Shown here piece after piece: positions 25,311 through 34,185 of a DNA stretch of 57,993 nucleotides. Source of the stretch: Alphaproteobacteria bacterium. GTDB lineage: Bacteria > Pseudomonadota > Alphaproteobacteria > Rhizobiales > Xanthobacteraceae. The DNA lies in the NCBI GenBank assembly GCA_034668785.1, contig JAXDOS010000150.1, forward strand, positions 1 to 57,993, given 5' to 3'. The notes under the pieces are model-generated. The model did not search any database. It saw only the letters and a list, made by a program, of their open reading frames with translations, and had not been told where the DNA came from. The translations under genes were made by a program, and so were the position numbers. The first letter of the stretch is position 1, and every line of letters begins with the position of its first letter.

Positions 25311-26834
25311 ATGCGCTCAATTCTCAGTCGCCATATCGAAGCACCCAGGGCTACTTTCGTGATGTCGGCACGCGAAAAACGCGATCATGTTCCGCTCCCC
25401 GGGGATGGGTGTGGGCTTGAGCTAGAATATCCTGCACGTCTCGTCGAGCCGTCCGCCTGGTTGGCGCACGTACCCTTCGCCATGTGGCTGGTCGGCGCGC
25501 TCAAGCCGCGCATGATAGTCGAACTCGGCGTCCACACCGGCAATTCCTACTGCGCCTTTCTGCAAGCGGCGCAAACGCTGGGTCTCGATACGCGGTGTTT
25601 TGGCGTCGATCATTGGTATGGCGACGAACACGCCGGTCACTATGGAGATGAGATTTACCAAGAGTTCAGGGCCTACCACGATCGCCGATATGGGACCTTT
25701 TCCACCCTGCTTCGCAGTTCCTTTGAAGAGGCACTTCCATATTTCTCAGACGGCAGCGTCGACCTGCTCCATATCGACGGTTTTCACACTGCCGAAGCCG
25801 TTTCGGCGGACTTCAAGTCATGGTTCCCGAAAGTGAGTTCCCGCGGGGTCGCGCTGTTCCACGACAGTAACGTCCGGGAGCGCGGCTTCGGTATTTGGCA
25901 GTTTTGGGAGGAACTCTCATCCCGCTACCCGCATTTCGAGTTCCTCCACTCACACGGCCTTGGTGTTGTCTACCTAGGCACCGAGCCCTTGACCGGACCA
26001 CTTAAGGCGCTGTTTGCAACAAAGACTGATGCCGAAAATGAGCGCGTCCGTGGCTACTTCGCCCGGCTTGGAACTTCGGTCGCCGAACGTCGCGCGGGGT
26101 TGACGCTCGCCGCCAACGTCGATGCAACCAAAGGGCGGGTCGCGGAGCTGGAGAGGGAACTTGCGGCTGTCCGGGCAGAGTTGGCCAGGACCAACACAGA
26201 TACCGACGCGCTGAAGGCGGAATTAGAAGCAAAAATTCAGGCCGTGCAGTCGGATGCCGCGCGAGAACAAGCGCAGGCTGAGGCGGTCCGCGCGATGCTG
26301 GATCAGACTAAAAGGCAGCTTGCTGATTTGAATGCGCAACTTTCGAATGCTGGTGCGCTCACGGATGGCCTGGAGGCAAAACTTCACGCTGCCCAGGGCG
26401 AGGTGGCACGCGCAAATTCCAATGCAGCCGCGCTTAAGAAGAATCTGGAGGAGAAGCTTCACGCCGCTCAAGATGAGGTGGCACGCGCATATTCCAGTGC
26501 CGACGCATTTAAGAAGGACCTGGAGGAGAAGCTTCACGCCGCTCAAGGCGAGGCGGCACGCGCTCATTCCAGTGCCGACGCGGTCAAAAATGAGCTAGAG
26601 GCAAAACTTCGTGCCGCCACTTTGCAGTTACAGATACAGGCCTCCCTGGTACGTCAGCGCATTGGAGTAGCTGCTCGGCTGCAACAAGAATTGCTCGTGG
26701 CCAAAAGCGACAAATGCTCTTACGAACTGCGGCTTCAAGAAATTCTGCAATCGACAACCTGGCGGTATACCGGACCTTTTCGCCGAGCAGTCATCTTGCT
26801 GAGACGTTTGCTCCCGCCGAATCCGCTATTTTAA
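25311..26834 (+). CDS. class I methyltransferase (Methyltransf_24/CmcI-like) fused to a long C-terminal coiled coil
   Basis: The track ORF 25233..26834 probably starts at ATG 25311 or 25362. The N-terminal domain has MIVELGVHTGNSYCAF, GVDHW, VDLLHIDGFHTAEAV and GVALFHD. From about residue 290 onward the sequence is Ala/Glu/Lys/Leu-rich with heptad character and includes 25-aa repeats. The C-terminus reads STTWRYTGPFRRAVILLRRLLP. Confidence 0.75.
   Translation: MRSILSRHIEAPRATFVMSAREKRDHVPLPGDGCGLELEYPARLVEPSAWLAHVPFAMWLVGALKPRMIVELGVHTGNSYCAFLQAAQTLGLDTRCFGVDHWYGDEHAGHYGDEIYQEFRAYHDRRYGTFSTLLRSSFEEALPYFSDGSVDLLHIDGFHTAEAVSADFKSWFPKVSSRGVALFHDSNVRERGFGIWQFWEELSSRYPHFEFLHSHGLGVVYLGTEPLTGPLKALFATKTDAENERVRGYFARLGTSVAERRAGLTLAANVDATKGRVAELERELAAVRAELARTNTDTDALKAELEAKIQAVQSDAAREQAQAEAVRAMLDQTKRQLADLNAQLSNAGALTDGLEAKLHAAQGEVARANSNAAALKKNLEEKLHAAQDEVARAYSSADAFKKDLEEKLHAAQGEAARAHSSADAVKNELEAKLRAATLQLQIQASLVRQRIGVAARLQQELLVAKSDKCSYELRLQEILQSTTWRYTGPFRRAVILLRRLLPPNPLF
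26370..26618 (+). repeat. in-frame 75-bp tandem repeat, 3 full copies plus a partial fourth, inside the coiled-coil region
   Basis: Copies start at 26370, 26445 and 26520, with a partial copy from 26595. They encode LEAKLHAAQGEVARANSNAAALKKN / LEEKLHAAQDEVARAYSSADAFKKD / LEEKLHAAQGEAARAHSSADAVKNE / LEAKLRAA. Copies 2 and 3 are nearly identical at the DNA level over the first roughly 45 nt. Confidence 0.9.
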
Positions 26835-27167
26835 ATACCAAGTGAGTTAGCGGACAAGTATACCCATACTCTTCACTTAGTGAGCGATGGAATGTCACGC
26901 GGATTCGTTCGCGGATATCGTTCGAAACTGCTTCTATTCTCAATTATCGGACTAATACACCAAGCCTCCGGGTACTTTAATTATCAACTTACGCGTGTTG
27001 AACGCAACTCAATGGAGAAAATTTGCGATTTTATCCTAGCCATGCTGACACGAACCCGTTACCTTCGGCGCGCTATACAGCCTCGTCGGGGGAGAATCGG
27101 AGGCTTCGAACAATCGCAAAATGCTCTCTCGCCAAAAACATTACAACCCAAGATAAAGGAGACGGCC

Positions 27168-28109
27168 ATGCGTAAGTTTATGTTGCCAGTGACTCTGCTC
27201 GGTTTACTGTTCGTTGCAGTTCACGCGACGCCGGCGCAAGCGCAGGCGACGCGTACGTGGGTTTCGGGCGTGGGCGACGACGTCAATCCGTGCAGCCGCA
27301 CGGCACCATGCAAGACATTTGCCGGCGCAATCTCGAAGACGGCCGTAAATGGCGAGATCGACGTCCTTGACCCCGGCGGCTACGGCACCGTCACCATCAC
27401 CAAATCGATCACGATTAACGGCGGCGGGTACGGCTCCGGCTTCGGTTCTATTCTTGCTGCCGGCACGGTGGGCGTCATTGTCAACATCGCCGCTGGGGAC
27501 GTTCGCAAGGTAGTGCGTCTCGTAAATCTCGACATCAATGGCGCGGCGACAGGAACGATTGGCGTTAGAATTCTGTCTAGCAATCCTGCTGGCAGCATTG
27601 TTACCGTGGAAAACACCGTCATTGATGGCTTCACCGGCAGGGGAATCTCTGACGAGCGCACTGCTGGCGGCAAGTTGGTCGTAACCAATACGTCCATCAG
27701 CCATACAGTCGGCTCGGGAATCCAGGTTGCCCCTGTGGGTACGAAGATCGACGCTGCGATCAACAATGTGCGCGTGTACAATTCCGGCGCCGCCGGGTTG
27801 ACCGTCAATGGCGGAGGCAAGGCCATGGTCAACAACTCGGTGTTCTCGGGCAGTAATTTCGGCCTCGACATCGAAGGCGCCGGCAGCGAGGCAAACGTCG
27901 ACAACAGCGTGGTGAGCAGCAACGCCACCGGCATCCTCACGACGGCCGGAGCGACTCTCCGGCTGTCCAACACCGACGTTGCCTTCAACGGAACGGGCGT
28001 GAATGGAACAGTGAATTCATTCTCGAACAACCGGTTCTCAAGCAACGGCGCAGGCGGAACGATAACCCCGATTGGTACTTTGAACACCAACCCCTCGGGT
28101 CAGCAGTAA
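27168..28109 (+). CDS. secreted right-handed parallel beta-helix repeat protein
   Basis: The track ORF 26880..28109 is trimmed to the ATG at 27168, preceded by AAGGAG. The signal peptide is MRKFMLPVTLLGLLFVAVHATPAQA. The mature N-terminus is TRTWVSGVGDDVNPCSRTAPCKTFAGAI. It is followed by many short repeats rich in G, N, V, T and I, such as VxNxxxxG and IxxxxGxxxVxN. Confidence 0.7.
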   Translation: MRKFMLPVTLLGLLFVAVHATPAQAQATRTWVSGVGDDVNPCSRTAPCKTFAGAISKTAVNGEIDVLDPGGYGTVTITKSITINGGGYGSGFGSILAAGTVGVIVNIAAGDVRKVVRLVNLDINGAATGTIGVRILSSNPAGSIVTVENTVIDGFTGRGISDERTAGGKLVVTNTSISHTVGSGIQVAPVGTKIDAAINNVRVYNSGAAGLTVNGGGKAMVNNSVFSGSNFGLDIEGAGSEANVDNSVVSSNATGILTTAGATLRLSNTDVAFNGTGVNGTVNSFSNNRFSSNGAGGTITPIGTLNTNPSGQQ

Positions 28110-28130
28110 TCTGATCCGATAACGATCCAA

Positions 28131-28181
28131 GGCCATTTGCCCCCTCGTCTCAGACAAAGAGGCGGGGGGGGATAATTTTTT
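28131..28181 (+). terminator. possible intrinsic terminator after the beta-helix gene (overlaps the 3' end of the convergent GT gene)
   Basis: An imperfect GC hairpin gccccctc-gtctcagacaaa-gaggcggggg is followed by gataatttttt. The stem has a mismatch and the T-run lies within the opposite-strand coding sequence. Confidence 0.3.
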
Positions 28182-29133
28182 GCACTTGTCGCCTGAAGCG
28201 AGCGGTCCACTTCTGATTTCTTTTTGCCCAATTCATAACAGTCTCATCGATCGAGAAAACACCGTCGCGAATGAGTTCCTGCGCGCGGGCGGGCGTCACG
28301 AACTGGTTTTCGTAGTCTTCCCGCAGCCGGCCTTCCTGCTTCAAGCGGATCCAGCGGCGCCAGTGCCAGCCCCACCAAGCCTCAAGGTGCTTATTTTCGT
28401 CCAGCCAAATCGTGAAGTTGCGAACTTTAGTATCGAAGGCGTCGAATCCGCGGATGGGGTAATGCAGGAAATGCAGTTGCGAAGCTTCTCCGATTTTCCC
28501 CGCCGAACTCGCAGCCGAATGCGCCCCCGGCCCGTATTCGACAAAACTTGAGGTGCGAACGATAGTTTTTGGTGGATGCCCAATAAAAATATACGGAACT
28601 GGTAGATTGCCTGACAGCTGTTGCTCGTAGGTCTCTTTGACTGTTCGGTCGATCCGGAGGTTAAAATTCTGCGGAGCGCTATCGCCCGGCTTCAGCGGCG
28701 GCCCCGTCATATTGAAACAGCCGACGTTCAATACCGTCAAATCTTGTTTCTCTGCCTCCTCCAGGAGACCTCTCACGCTATTTTCTTGTGTGCAAAGAAA
28801 CTCGTCGGTATCGCATAAAATTACCCAGTCGGCGTTATATTCATCTCGCGCACGCCGCGTGAGCTCGGCAGATGGATCGTAGTGCTTGATGTTCTTTTTT
28901 CGATTCAGCTCCCATTTCAGGAGCTTTCTTTTGGCAAATTGCTCGAGAATATCTTGGCTTCCGTCAGACGAACCGGAATCATAAGCAAGTATAAAATCGA
29001 CACCCAACGACAAATACCAACTGATATATTCATGTAGAATGTCGGCGTTATCAAGGACGTTAACAGCCAACACGATCCTGGCAGGGCGCATGCAACGAAC
29101 CTTAAGGAGATACCATAAATCGTCGTCCGGCAT
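28150..29133 (-). CDS. glycosyltransferase (GT2 / Glyco_tranf_2_4-like, DxD type)
   Basis: 327 aa. It has RIVLAVNVLDNADILHEYISWYLSLGVDFILAYDSGSSDGS and ILCDTDEF (DxD). An alternative start is ATG at 29091. A hand-counted 60-nt sample at 28861..28920 gave about 47% GC. Confidence 0.6.
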   Translation of the reverse strand: MPDDDLWYLLKVRCMRPARIVLAVNVLDNADILHEYISWYLSLGVDFILAYDSGSSDGSQDILEQFAKRKLLKWELNRKKNIKHYDPSAELTRRARDEYNADWVILCDTDEFLCTQENSVRGLLEEAEKQDLTVLNVGCFNMTGPPLKPGDSAPQNFNLRIDRTVKETYEQQLSGNLPVPYIFIGHPPKTIVRTSSFVEYGPGAHSAASSAGKIGEASQLHFLHYPIRGFDAFDTKVRNFTIWLDENKHLEAWWGWHWRRWIRLKQEGRLREDYENQFVTPARAQELIRDGVFSIDETVMNWAKRNQKWTARFRRQVQKIIPPRLFV

Positions 29134-29186
29134 ACCATTGCAATTTGTCTTTTACAATCTAACAAACATCTCAGCTGAGGACCGTC

Positions 29187-30116
29187 GTGGAGGCCGATAA
29201 AGCGCACGAGATGAGTGGATACCAGCATTATACCTACGCCCAATCATTAGCGGAGTTCGGCACTCCACGGCTTCTGCCGCGAAGCGGCGGCTGGATGCTG
29301 CAGCGCCCGATCGACGAACTTCCCTACAGCGACGCCATGGGTTGTTATCCGCTGTTTGCCTGTGCCGACTGGTCTGGGATTCAGGCCGACCTTGATGAGC
29401 TTACGGACGAGCTCGTGTGTATTTCATTGGTTGCGGATCCATTTGGAGGCTACCGCCGTGAAGACCTGCAAAGATGGTTCAAAGATAAGCTCCTACCCTT
29501 CAAAGAACATTTCGTTGCCGATCTAAGCCGTCCGCCGGATGAATTCGTCTCCAAGCATCATCGTTACTATTCACAGCGCGCGCTTGGCGCTGTTGATGTT
29601 GAGCGATGCAATCAGCCGGCGCAATTCCTGGAAGAATGGTTGAACCTCTACGCGCAGATCACCGAACGACATCGGCTCAAGGGCATCAGGGCTTTTTCCC
29701 GACGTGCATTTGAGATGCAGTTGAACGTGCCGGGCGCGTTCATGCTCCGGGCGATCCATGAGGGAGAAACCGTGAGCGCGCACCTTTGGTATCTGCAAGG
29801 CGGTGTCGCCTACAGCCACCTTGCCGCCAGTAACCCACGTGGCTATGAATTAATGGCTCCTTACGCGCTCCACTGGTTTGCGCTCAAGACGTTTGCCGGC
29901 AAGGCCGGCTGGATCAACTTTGGCGGAGGAGCAGGTCTAAATGGACAGGCCACGGACGGCCTGACACTGTTCAAAAGGGGCTGGTCTACGGAAACACGCA
30001 CTGCTTACTTTTGCGGCCGCATTTTCAACCAGAAAAGGTACGCCGAAGCGCTCGCAAAGCGACGACTAGCGGCAAACGACTACTTTCCTGCCTATCGGAA
30101 GGGTGAACTCATTTGA
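29187..30116 (+). CDS. FemAB-like / GNAT-superfamily acyl (aminoacyl) transferase candidate
   Basis: 309 aa. The two-lobed layout and the C-terminal HLWYLQGGVAYSHLAASNPRGYELMAPYALHW...FGGGAG resemble the Acetyltransf_6/FemAB fold. The assignment is by resemblance only. Confidence 0.45.
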   Translation: MEADKAHEMSGYQHYTYAQSLAEFGTPRLLPRSGGWMLQRPIDELPYSDAMGCYPLFACADWSGIQADLDELTDELVCISLVADPFGGYRREDLQRWFKDKLLPFKEHFVADLSRPPDEFVSKHHRYYSQRALGAVDVERCNQPAQFLEEWLNLYAQITERHRLKGIRAFSRRAFEMQLNVPGAFMLRAIHEGETVSAHLWYLQGGVAYSHLAASNPRGYELMAPYALHWFALKTFAGKAGWINFGGGAGLNGQATDGLTLFKRGWSTETRTAYFCGRIFNQKRYAEALAKRRLAANDYFPAYRKGELI

Positions 30117-30251
30117 GCTTACGTTTCCGGATGAAATATTGCATCTTGGTTTGTTTTCGATCATGAGAATATGCGGCAAAGCTCGACATATTGCCGTCCA
30201 ACGATAGTGCGGAAGCCTCACGGCGGCGACACCAGCTATCATGAAAATGCG

Positions 30252-31253
30252 ATGACACGCGAAATTTCAAAGGCAGAATCCGGTATGCGAGACCGTAAAC
30301 TGCGCTTTTCGTACGTCGTGTCGATCCAAATCATCATCGTTTTGGCATTACTTGTGATCGCGGAGATAGCACTCCGGGTGCTCGATCTGCCGATGATACG
30401 CTTACCGCCAAGCGACAGAATATGGGGTTTCCGTCACGATCCGGATCTCGGCTGGAGCCTGCCCCCCCACAACGCTCGTCAGGTCACGGTGACGCGTACG
30501 GTTTCCATGCGCAGCAACAGCCTTGGCTTACGCGATGCCGAACTTGCTCCCGGCACCGGGCCAACCATTCTCTTTCTCGGCGATTCCTTTACCGAGGGAT
30601 TCGATGTAGAACCCGAGGAACGGTTCAGCGACCGCCTCCGTGGCAACTTGCCAGCAGTGCGGATCCTTAATGCCGGCGTGACCGGCTATGGCACCGATCA
30701 GGAATATCTCCAGCTTCAGCGTTTGTGGCCGCGCGTGGAACCGACCGTGGTCGTCCTGATGTTTTGTGTGGACAATGACCGCGAGGACAATAGTTCCAAC
30801 TACCGGTATTTTGCATTTAAGCCCTACCTGACCAACGTCGGGGGCCAGTGGCAATTCCGGGGGCAGCCGGTGCCGATATCGCCTCAAATACTTTTCAATG
30901 AAAACTGGTTCGCATTAAACTTCGCGACTGTTCGTCTCACGATCGTTGCATATTCGTCGATCAGTAACGACCACGTGTCGGTGCCTGACCCCACTGAACG
31001 GTTAATTGCGATGATGCGTGATCTCGTGGAAGCACACGGCGCCAAGTTCCTGGTCGGCCTGCAACGCCAGGAGCCCTCATTGGAAGCGTTTCTGAGCTCG
31101 CAAAAAATTCCGTATACCCGCTTCGACGAAGCTGAGAAATATCCCACCTGGGGCAGTCACTGGACCCCAGCTGGACACACCTTGGTGGCCGCGCGCCTAC
31201 TGACTTTGTTGGCGAAGGAGGGCGCTGTTCCTGCCGTCACAGAAGGCCGATAG
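30252..31253 (+). CDS. membrane-anchored SGNH/GDSL hydrolase family protein (possible polysaccharide O-acyl esterase/transferase)
   Basis: The track ORF 30171..31253 is trimmed to the ATG at 30252. It has one N-terminal TM segment (VVSIQIIIVLALLVIAEIAL). Block I is ILFLGDSFTEG, block III is NAGVTGYGTDQE, and the C-terminus has a HW.P.GH block V-like motif. Confidence 0.65.
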   Translation: MTREISKAESGMRDRKLRFSYVVSIQIIIVLALLVIAEIALRVLDLPMIRLPPSDRIWGFRHDPDLGWSLPPHNARQVTVTRTVSMRSNSLGLRDAELAPGTGPTILFLGDSFTEGFDVEPEERFSDRLRGNLPAVRILNAGVTGYGTDQEYLQLQRLWPRVEPTVVVLMFCVDNDREDNSSNYRYFAFKPYLTNVGGQWQFRGQPVPISPQILFNENWFALNFATVRLTIVAYSSISNDHVSVPDPTERLIAMMRDLVEAHGAKFLVGLQRQEPSLEAFLSSQKIPYTRFDEAEKYPTWGSHWTPAGHTLVAARLLTLLAKEGAVPAVTEGR

Positions 31254-31351
31254 GCATCGCGTTTCAAGAGACAACGATCGTGCATGCCTCGGAATTTGGG
31301 GTGTTAAGAACAGATTCAATCTGATTTAATCCGCGCCAGCGGGAAAGCAGA

Positions 31352-32032
31352 ATGGCGAAAATCGTTGTTTTCGGGGCGAGCCAGTGGGCGGAGTTAGCTC
31401 ACTTCTATTTCACTCATGACTCTTCGCATGAGGTCGTCGCGTTCACGCTCGATCGCAACTACCTCGATCGCGAATCCTTTCGCGGACTGCCGGTCGTGTC
31501 GTTCGACGAGGTAGAAAAGCATTATCCGCCGGATCGGTTTCAAATGTTTATCCCGCTCAGCTTCAAGAAAATGAACCACGTCCGCGCCGACAAATACCAC
31601 GATGCAAGACGACGAGGTTACGAACTCGTCAGCTATGTCAGCTCCAAAGCCACCACGTGGCCGGATTTCAAGTGCGGACAAAATTGCTTCATCTTCGAAG
31701 ACAACACGATCCAGCCCTTCGTCGAAATCGGGAATAACGTCGTGATGTGGAGCGGCAACCACATCGGCCATCACACCACGATCAAAGATCACGTGATGAT
31801 CACGTCCCACGTGGTTATTTCCGGTTGTTGCACAATCGAGGAGCACTGCTTTTTCGGTGTGAATTCCACGGTTCGCGACGAAGCCGTCATTGCCCGGGAA
31901 ACATTGGTGGGTATGGGGGTCACCATCGCCAAAGATACCAAAGAGTTTGAGGTTTACCGGGCGCCAGCAATCGAGCCGGAACGCATCCGTAGCGACCAAT
32001 TGCGCAGCCTCTCGTACAAGTCCAAAGGATAA
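31352..32032 (+). CDS. NeuD/PglD-family hexapeptide-repeat sugar N/O-acetyltransferase
   Basis: 226 aa. The N-terminal Rossmann-like segment is KIVVFGASQWAELAHFYF. The C-terminal left-handed beta-helix repeats read IGNNVVMWSGNHIGHHTTIKDHVMITSHVVISGCCTIEEHCFFGVNSTV. Confidence 0.8.
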   Translation: MAKIVVFGASQWAELAHFYFTHDSSHEVVAFTLDRNYLDRESFRGLPVVSFDEVEKHYPPDRFQMFIPLSFKKMNHVRADKYHDARRRGYELVSYVSSKATTWPDFKCGQNCFIFEDNTIQPFVEIGNNVVMWSGNHIGHHTTIKDHVMITSHVVISGCCTIEEHCFFGVNSTVRDEAVIARETLVGMGVTIAKDTKEFEVYRAPAIEPERIRSDQLRSLSYKSKG

Positions 32033-32039
32033 GGTCTTA

Positions 32040-33014
32040 ATGCGGTGGGAGAAGAAAGGGCTGATTTTCAAGACAGACAATAATTACCCGTGGATGTTGC
32101 ATCACGCCTGCGTCCCGATCGCGGAAAAGGTCGACGACAATGTTTTGAGAATCTATTTCGGGCCGCGCGATCGGGAAGAGCGAACGGTAACGACCTTCAT
32201 CGAAGTTGAAGCCGACAATCCCGCCCGCCTACTCTACGTTCACGACCGGCCGGTGCTCTCTTTGGGGCAGCTCGGTGCTTTCGACGACAGCGGCGCCATG
32301 CCGTCCTGTATCGTCAACCACGACGGCAAAAAATATCTTTTCTATATCGGTTGGAATCGCGGCGTAACGGTGCCCTACCGCAACTCCATCGGGCTCGCTG
32401 TAAGTATCGACGGCGGATTGACCTTCGAGCGCGTGTTCGAAGGACCGATCGTTGACCGTACAAGTCTTGAGCCGTACTTTTGCGCCTCTCCCTTCGCCAT
32501 GATTGACGAAGGAAAATGGAAGCTCTGGTATGCCTCGGTGACGAGCTTTCTCGAGGTGAACGGGAAGCCGGAGCCCGTATACCAGGTCAAGTACGCCGAG
32601 TCGGCAGATGGCCGCGAGTGGGCTAGGCCCAACCTCACCTGCCTCCGCTATTTGTTCGACGGTGAAGCCAACGCACGTCCCTGCGTCATCAAGGAAAGGG
32701 GCATCTATCGGATGTGGTACTGCTTCCGCGGCAGCGTCAACTACCGGACGGATAAGGCACAAAGCTACCGTATCGGCTATGCCGAGTCGGCAGATGGCAC
32801 TCGCTGGGAACGGATGGACGACCGGGTCGGTATCGACCGTGCAGAGGAGGGCTGGGACTCGGTTATGATCGAGTACCCATTCGTTTATGAACACCGCGGC
32901 GTGAAACACATGCTTTACAACGGAAATGGCTTCGGTGAGAGCGGTTTTGGCTACGCCGTACTTGTCGAGGACGATCGATCTGGACTAGTGACCTCGAGAG
33001 TCGGTGCCCTCTGA
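32040..33014 (+). CDS. five-bladed beta-propeller (GH43/32/68-like superfamily) protein of unknown role
   Basis: The track ORF 31890..33014 is trimmed to the ATG at 32040 (MRWEKKGLIFK...). It has GAFDDSGAMPS, SIGLAVSIDGGLTFER, KLWY, YAESADG.EW (twice) and YRMWY, which are recurring blade motifs. The last 30 nt overlap the convergent FkbM gene. Confidence 0.45.
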   Translation: MRWEKKGLIFKTDNNYPWMLHHACVPIAEKVDDNVLRIYFGPRDREERTVTTFIEVEADNPARLLYVHDRPVLSLGQLGAFDDSGAMPSCIVNHDGKKYLFYIGWNRGVTVPYRNSIGLAVSIDGGLTFERVFEGPIVDRTSLEPYFCASPFAMIDEGKWKLWYASVTSFLEVNGKPEPVYQVKYAESADGREWARPNLTCLRYLFDGEANARPCVIKERGIYRMWYCFRGSVNYRTDKAQSYRIGYAESADGTRWERMDDRVGIDRAEEGWDSVMIEYPFVYEHRGVKHMLYNGNGFGESGFGYAVLVEDDRSGLVTSRVGAL

Positions 33015-34043
33015 AGCAATTGCATACATAACCGTTTCTTCTGCATGGAGCGAATAATGTTCAAGATACATTTTGTAAAAAGGATAGCGTAGTTTCAACT
33101 CGTAGGGGATCGTCCAAAGATCGGAAGGCTTGTGGTAAAGACAGACAGCTAATTTCGGTTTGAACCTTGTAATGGTCTCGCTAGCCCCTTCCAGGGCCTC
33201 TGCTTCTGACCCCTCGATGTCCATTTTGATATAGTCGACGGAATTGAGCCCCCTAAGGCGACAGAAATCGTCAATTGATATTGCGGCATCAGTGACGCTG
33301 AGCGGGCGTCCCGGTGACGCGATTAGAGTCTCTTCCGCTTGGCCGGAAACATCCTCAATGGCAGCAGAAGCGCTCGGTTTACTCGTCCTTGAAACTCCGC
33401 AAGAAAATATCTCTATTCTGTCATCAAGATGATTCCGGGCCACGCTCTCTCTGGCAATCATTGCGTGGCTTCTGACGGGATCGAAACTGTAAATCTTGCC
33501 CGTTACTCCGGTATATGTAGCGAATTTGATCGCGGTATCTCCTACGAAAGACCCGCAATCTAGAATCACGTCGCCTTCCGCCGGTCCGATGACGGTGTCG
33601 CCACGGCGAAAATGATATTGGTCAGATATCAATGTCCAATAGAGCCCATATTTGGTCGTAACGATCTGTACGGGAATGTTGTTGTAATGGACCGACCAGA
33701 CCGCCATCGACTCGCCGAGAATGTTGATGTCGGTAGGCAGCACCTCGGCAGAAAAGTTGTCTCGCATAAAGGCTTCAAGAGCATTGAACATTTGCTCGTT
33801 ATTGGCGACGTGAGACAAATGTGGAGTCAAATACCGGTATACGAGCAGGTCTTTAAAAATCGCCCTGCTCGCTTTATCTGCAAACGCATAATATCCTCTC
33901 GCAACAGCGGCTCCATTTTTGAGAAGAGCTGCGATATCGCGGGTCTTTCGCCGATAGTCGAAGGCGAGATCTCTCAGCGGCGACCGCTGGGCCATCTGAA
34001 AGGCAGGCGGCTCTGTCACGAATCGGTATCGATCAACGTGCAT
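32985..34043 (-). CDS. FkbM-family methyltransferase
   Basis: The track ORF 32985..34199 is trimmed to MHVDRYRF at 34043; an alternative start is 33995. It has VILDCGSFVGDTAIKFA, KIYSFDP, FSCGVS and IKMDIEGSEAEAL, which are Methyltransf_21 hallmarks. Confidence 0.75.
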   Translation of the reverse strand: MHVDRYRFVTEPPAFQMAQRSPLRDLAFDYRRKTRDIAALLKNGAAVARGYYAFADKASRAIFKDLLVYRYLTPHLSHVANNEQMFNALEAFMRDNFSAEVLPTDINILGESMAVWSVHYNNIPVQIVTTKYGLYWTLISDQYHFRRGDTVIGPAEGDVILDCGSFVGDTAIKFATYTGVTGKIYSFDPVRSHAMIARESVARNHLDDRIEIFSCGVSRTSKPSASAAIEDVSGQAEETLIASPGRPLSVTDAAISIDDFCRLRGLNSVDYIKMDIEGSEAEALEGASETITRFKPKLAVCLYHKPSDLWTIPYELKLRYPFYKMYLEHYSLHAEETVMYAIASEGTDSRGH

Positions 34044-34185
34044 GGCTTCCGGAGCAAACTCTTGCCGTATAGTGGTAACGGCTGGCGAGGAAGTGGCCTC
34101 AGTTGTACTGTACTTGCAGCAGACGGGGGCTTCGGTCAACGTTGAACTGCGGCTGCGCCGGATGGCGATCGTTGTCCGGCGCGGC

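Noticed and set aside
24714-25362. ORFs 24714..25094 and 24934..25362 in the gap between two methyltransferase genes
   Set aside because: Their composition is Arg/Ser/Cys-rich and non-protein-like, with no RBS. The region reads as a roughly 620-bp non-coding divergent promoter region, possibly decayed DNA.
26370-26618. Regularly spaced 75-bp repeats considered as a possible CRISPR-like or satellite array
   Set aside because: The repeats are contiguous with no spacers and in frame. They encode a coiled-coil segment of the 25311..26834 protein.
26880-27167. 96-codon N-terminal extension of the beta-helix ORF
   Set aside because: The extension lacks protein-like character. A strong AAGGAG RBS plus a classic signal peptide begin at 27168.
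27380-28090. 236-aa minus-strand ORF (and 27204..27704) opposite the beta-helix gene
   Set aside because: It is a mirror of the repetitive plus-strand gene. The plus frame has a signal peptide, an RBS and beta-helix repeats.
31394-32909. 228-aa and 226-aa minus-strand ORFs (31394..32080, 32229..32909) opposite the NeuD-like and beta-propeller genes
   Set aside because: They are antisense shadows. The plus-strand products carry hexapeptide repeats and propeller blade motifs respectively.
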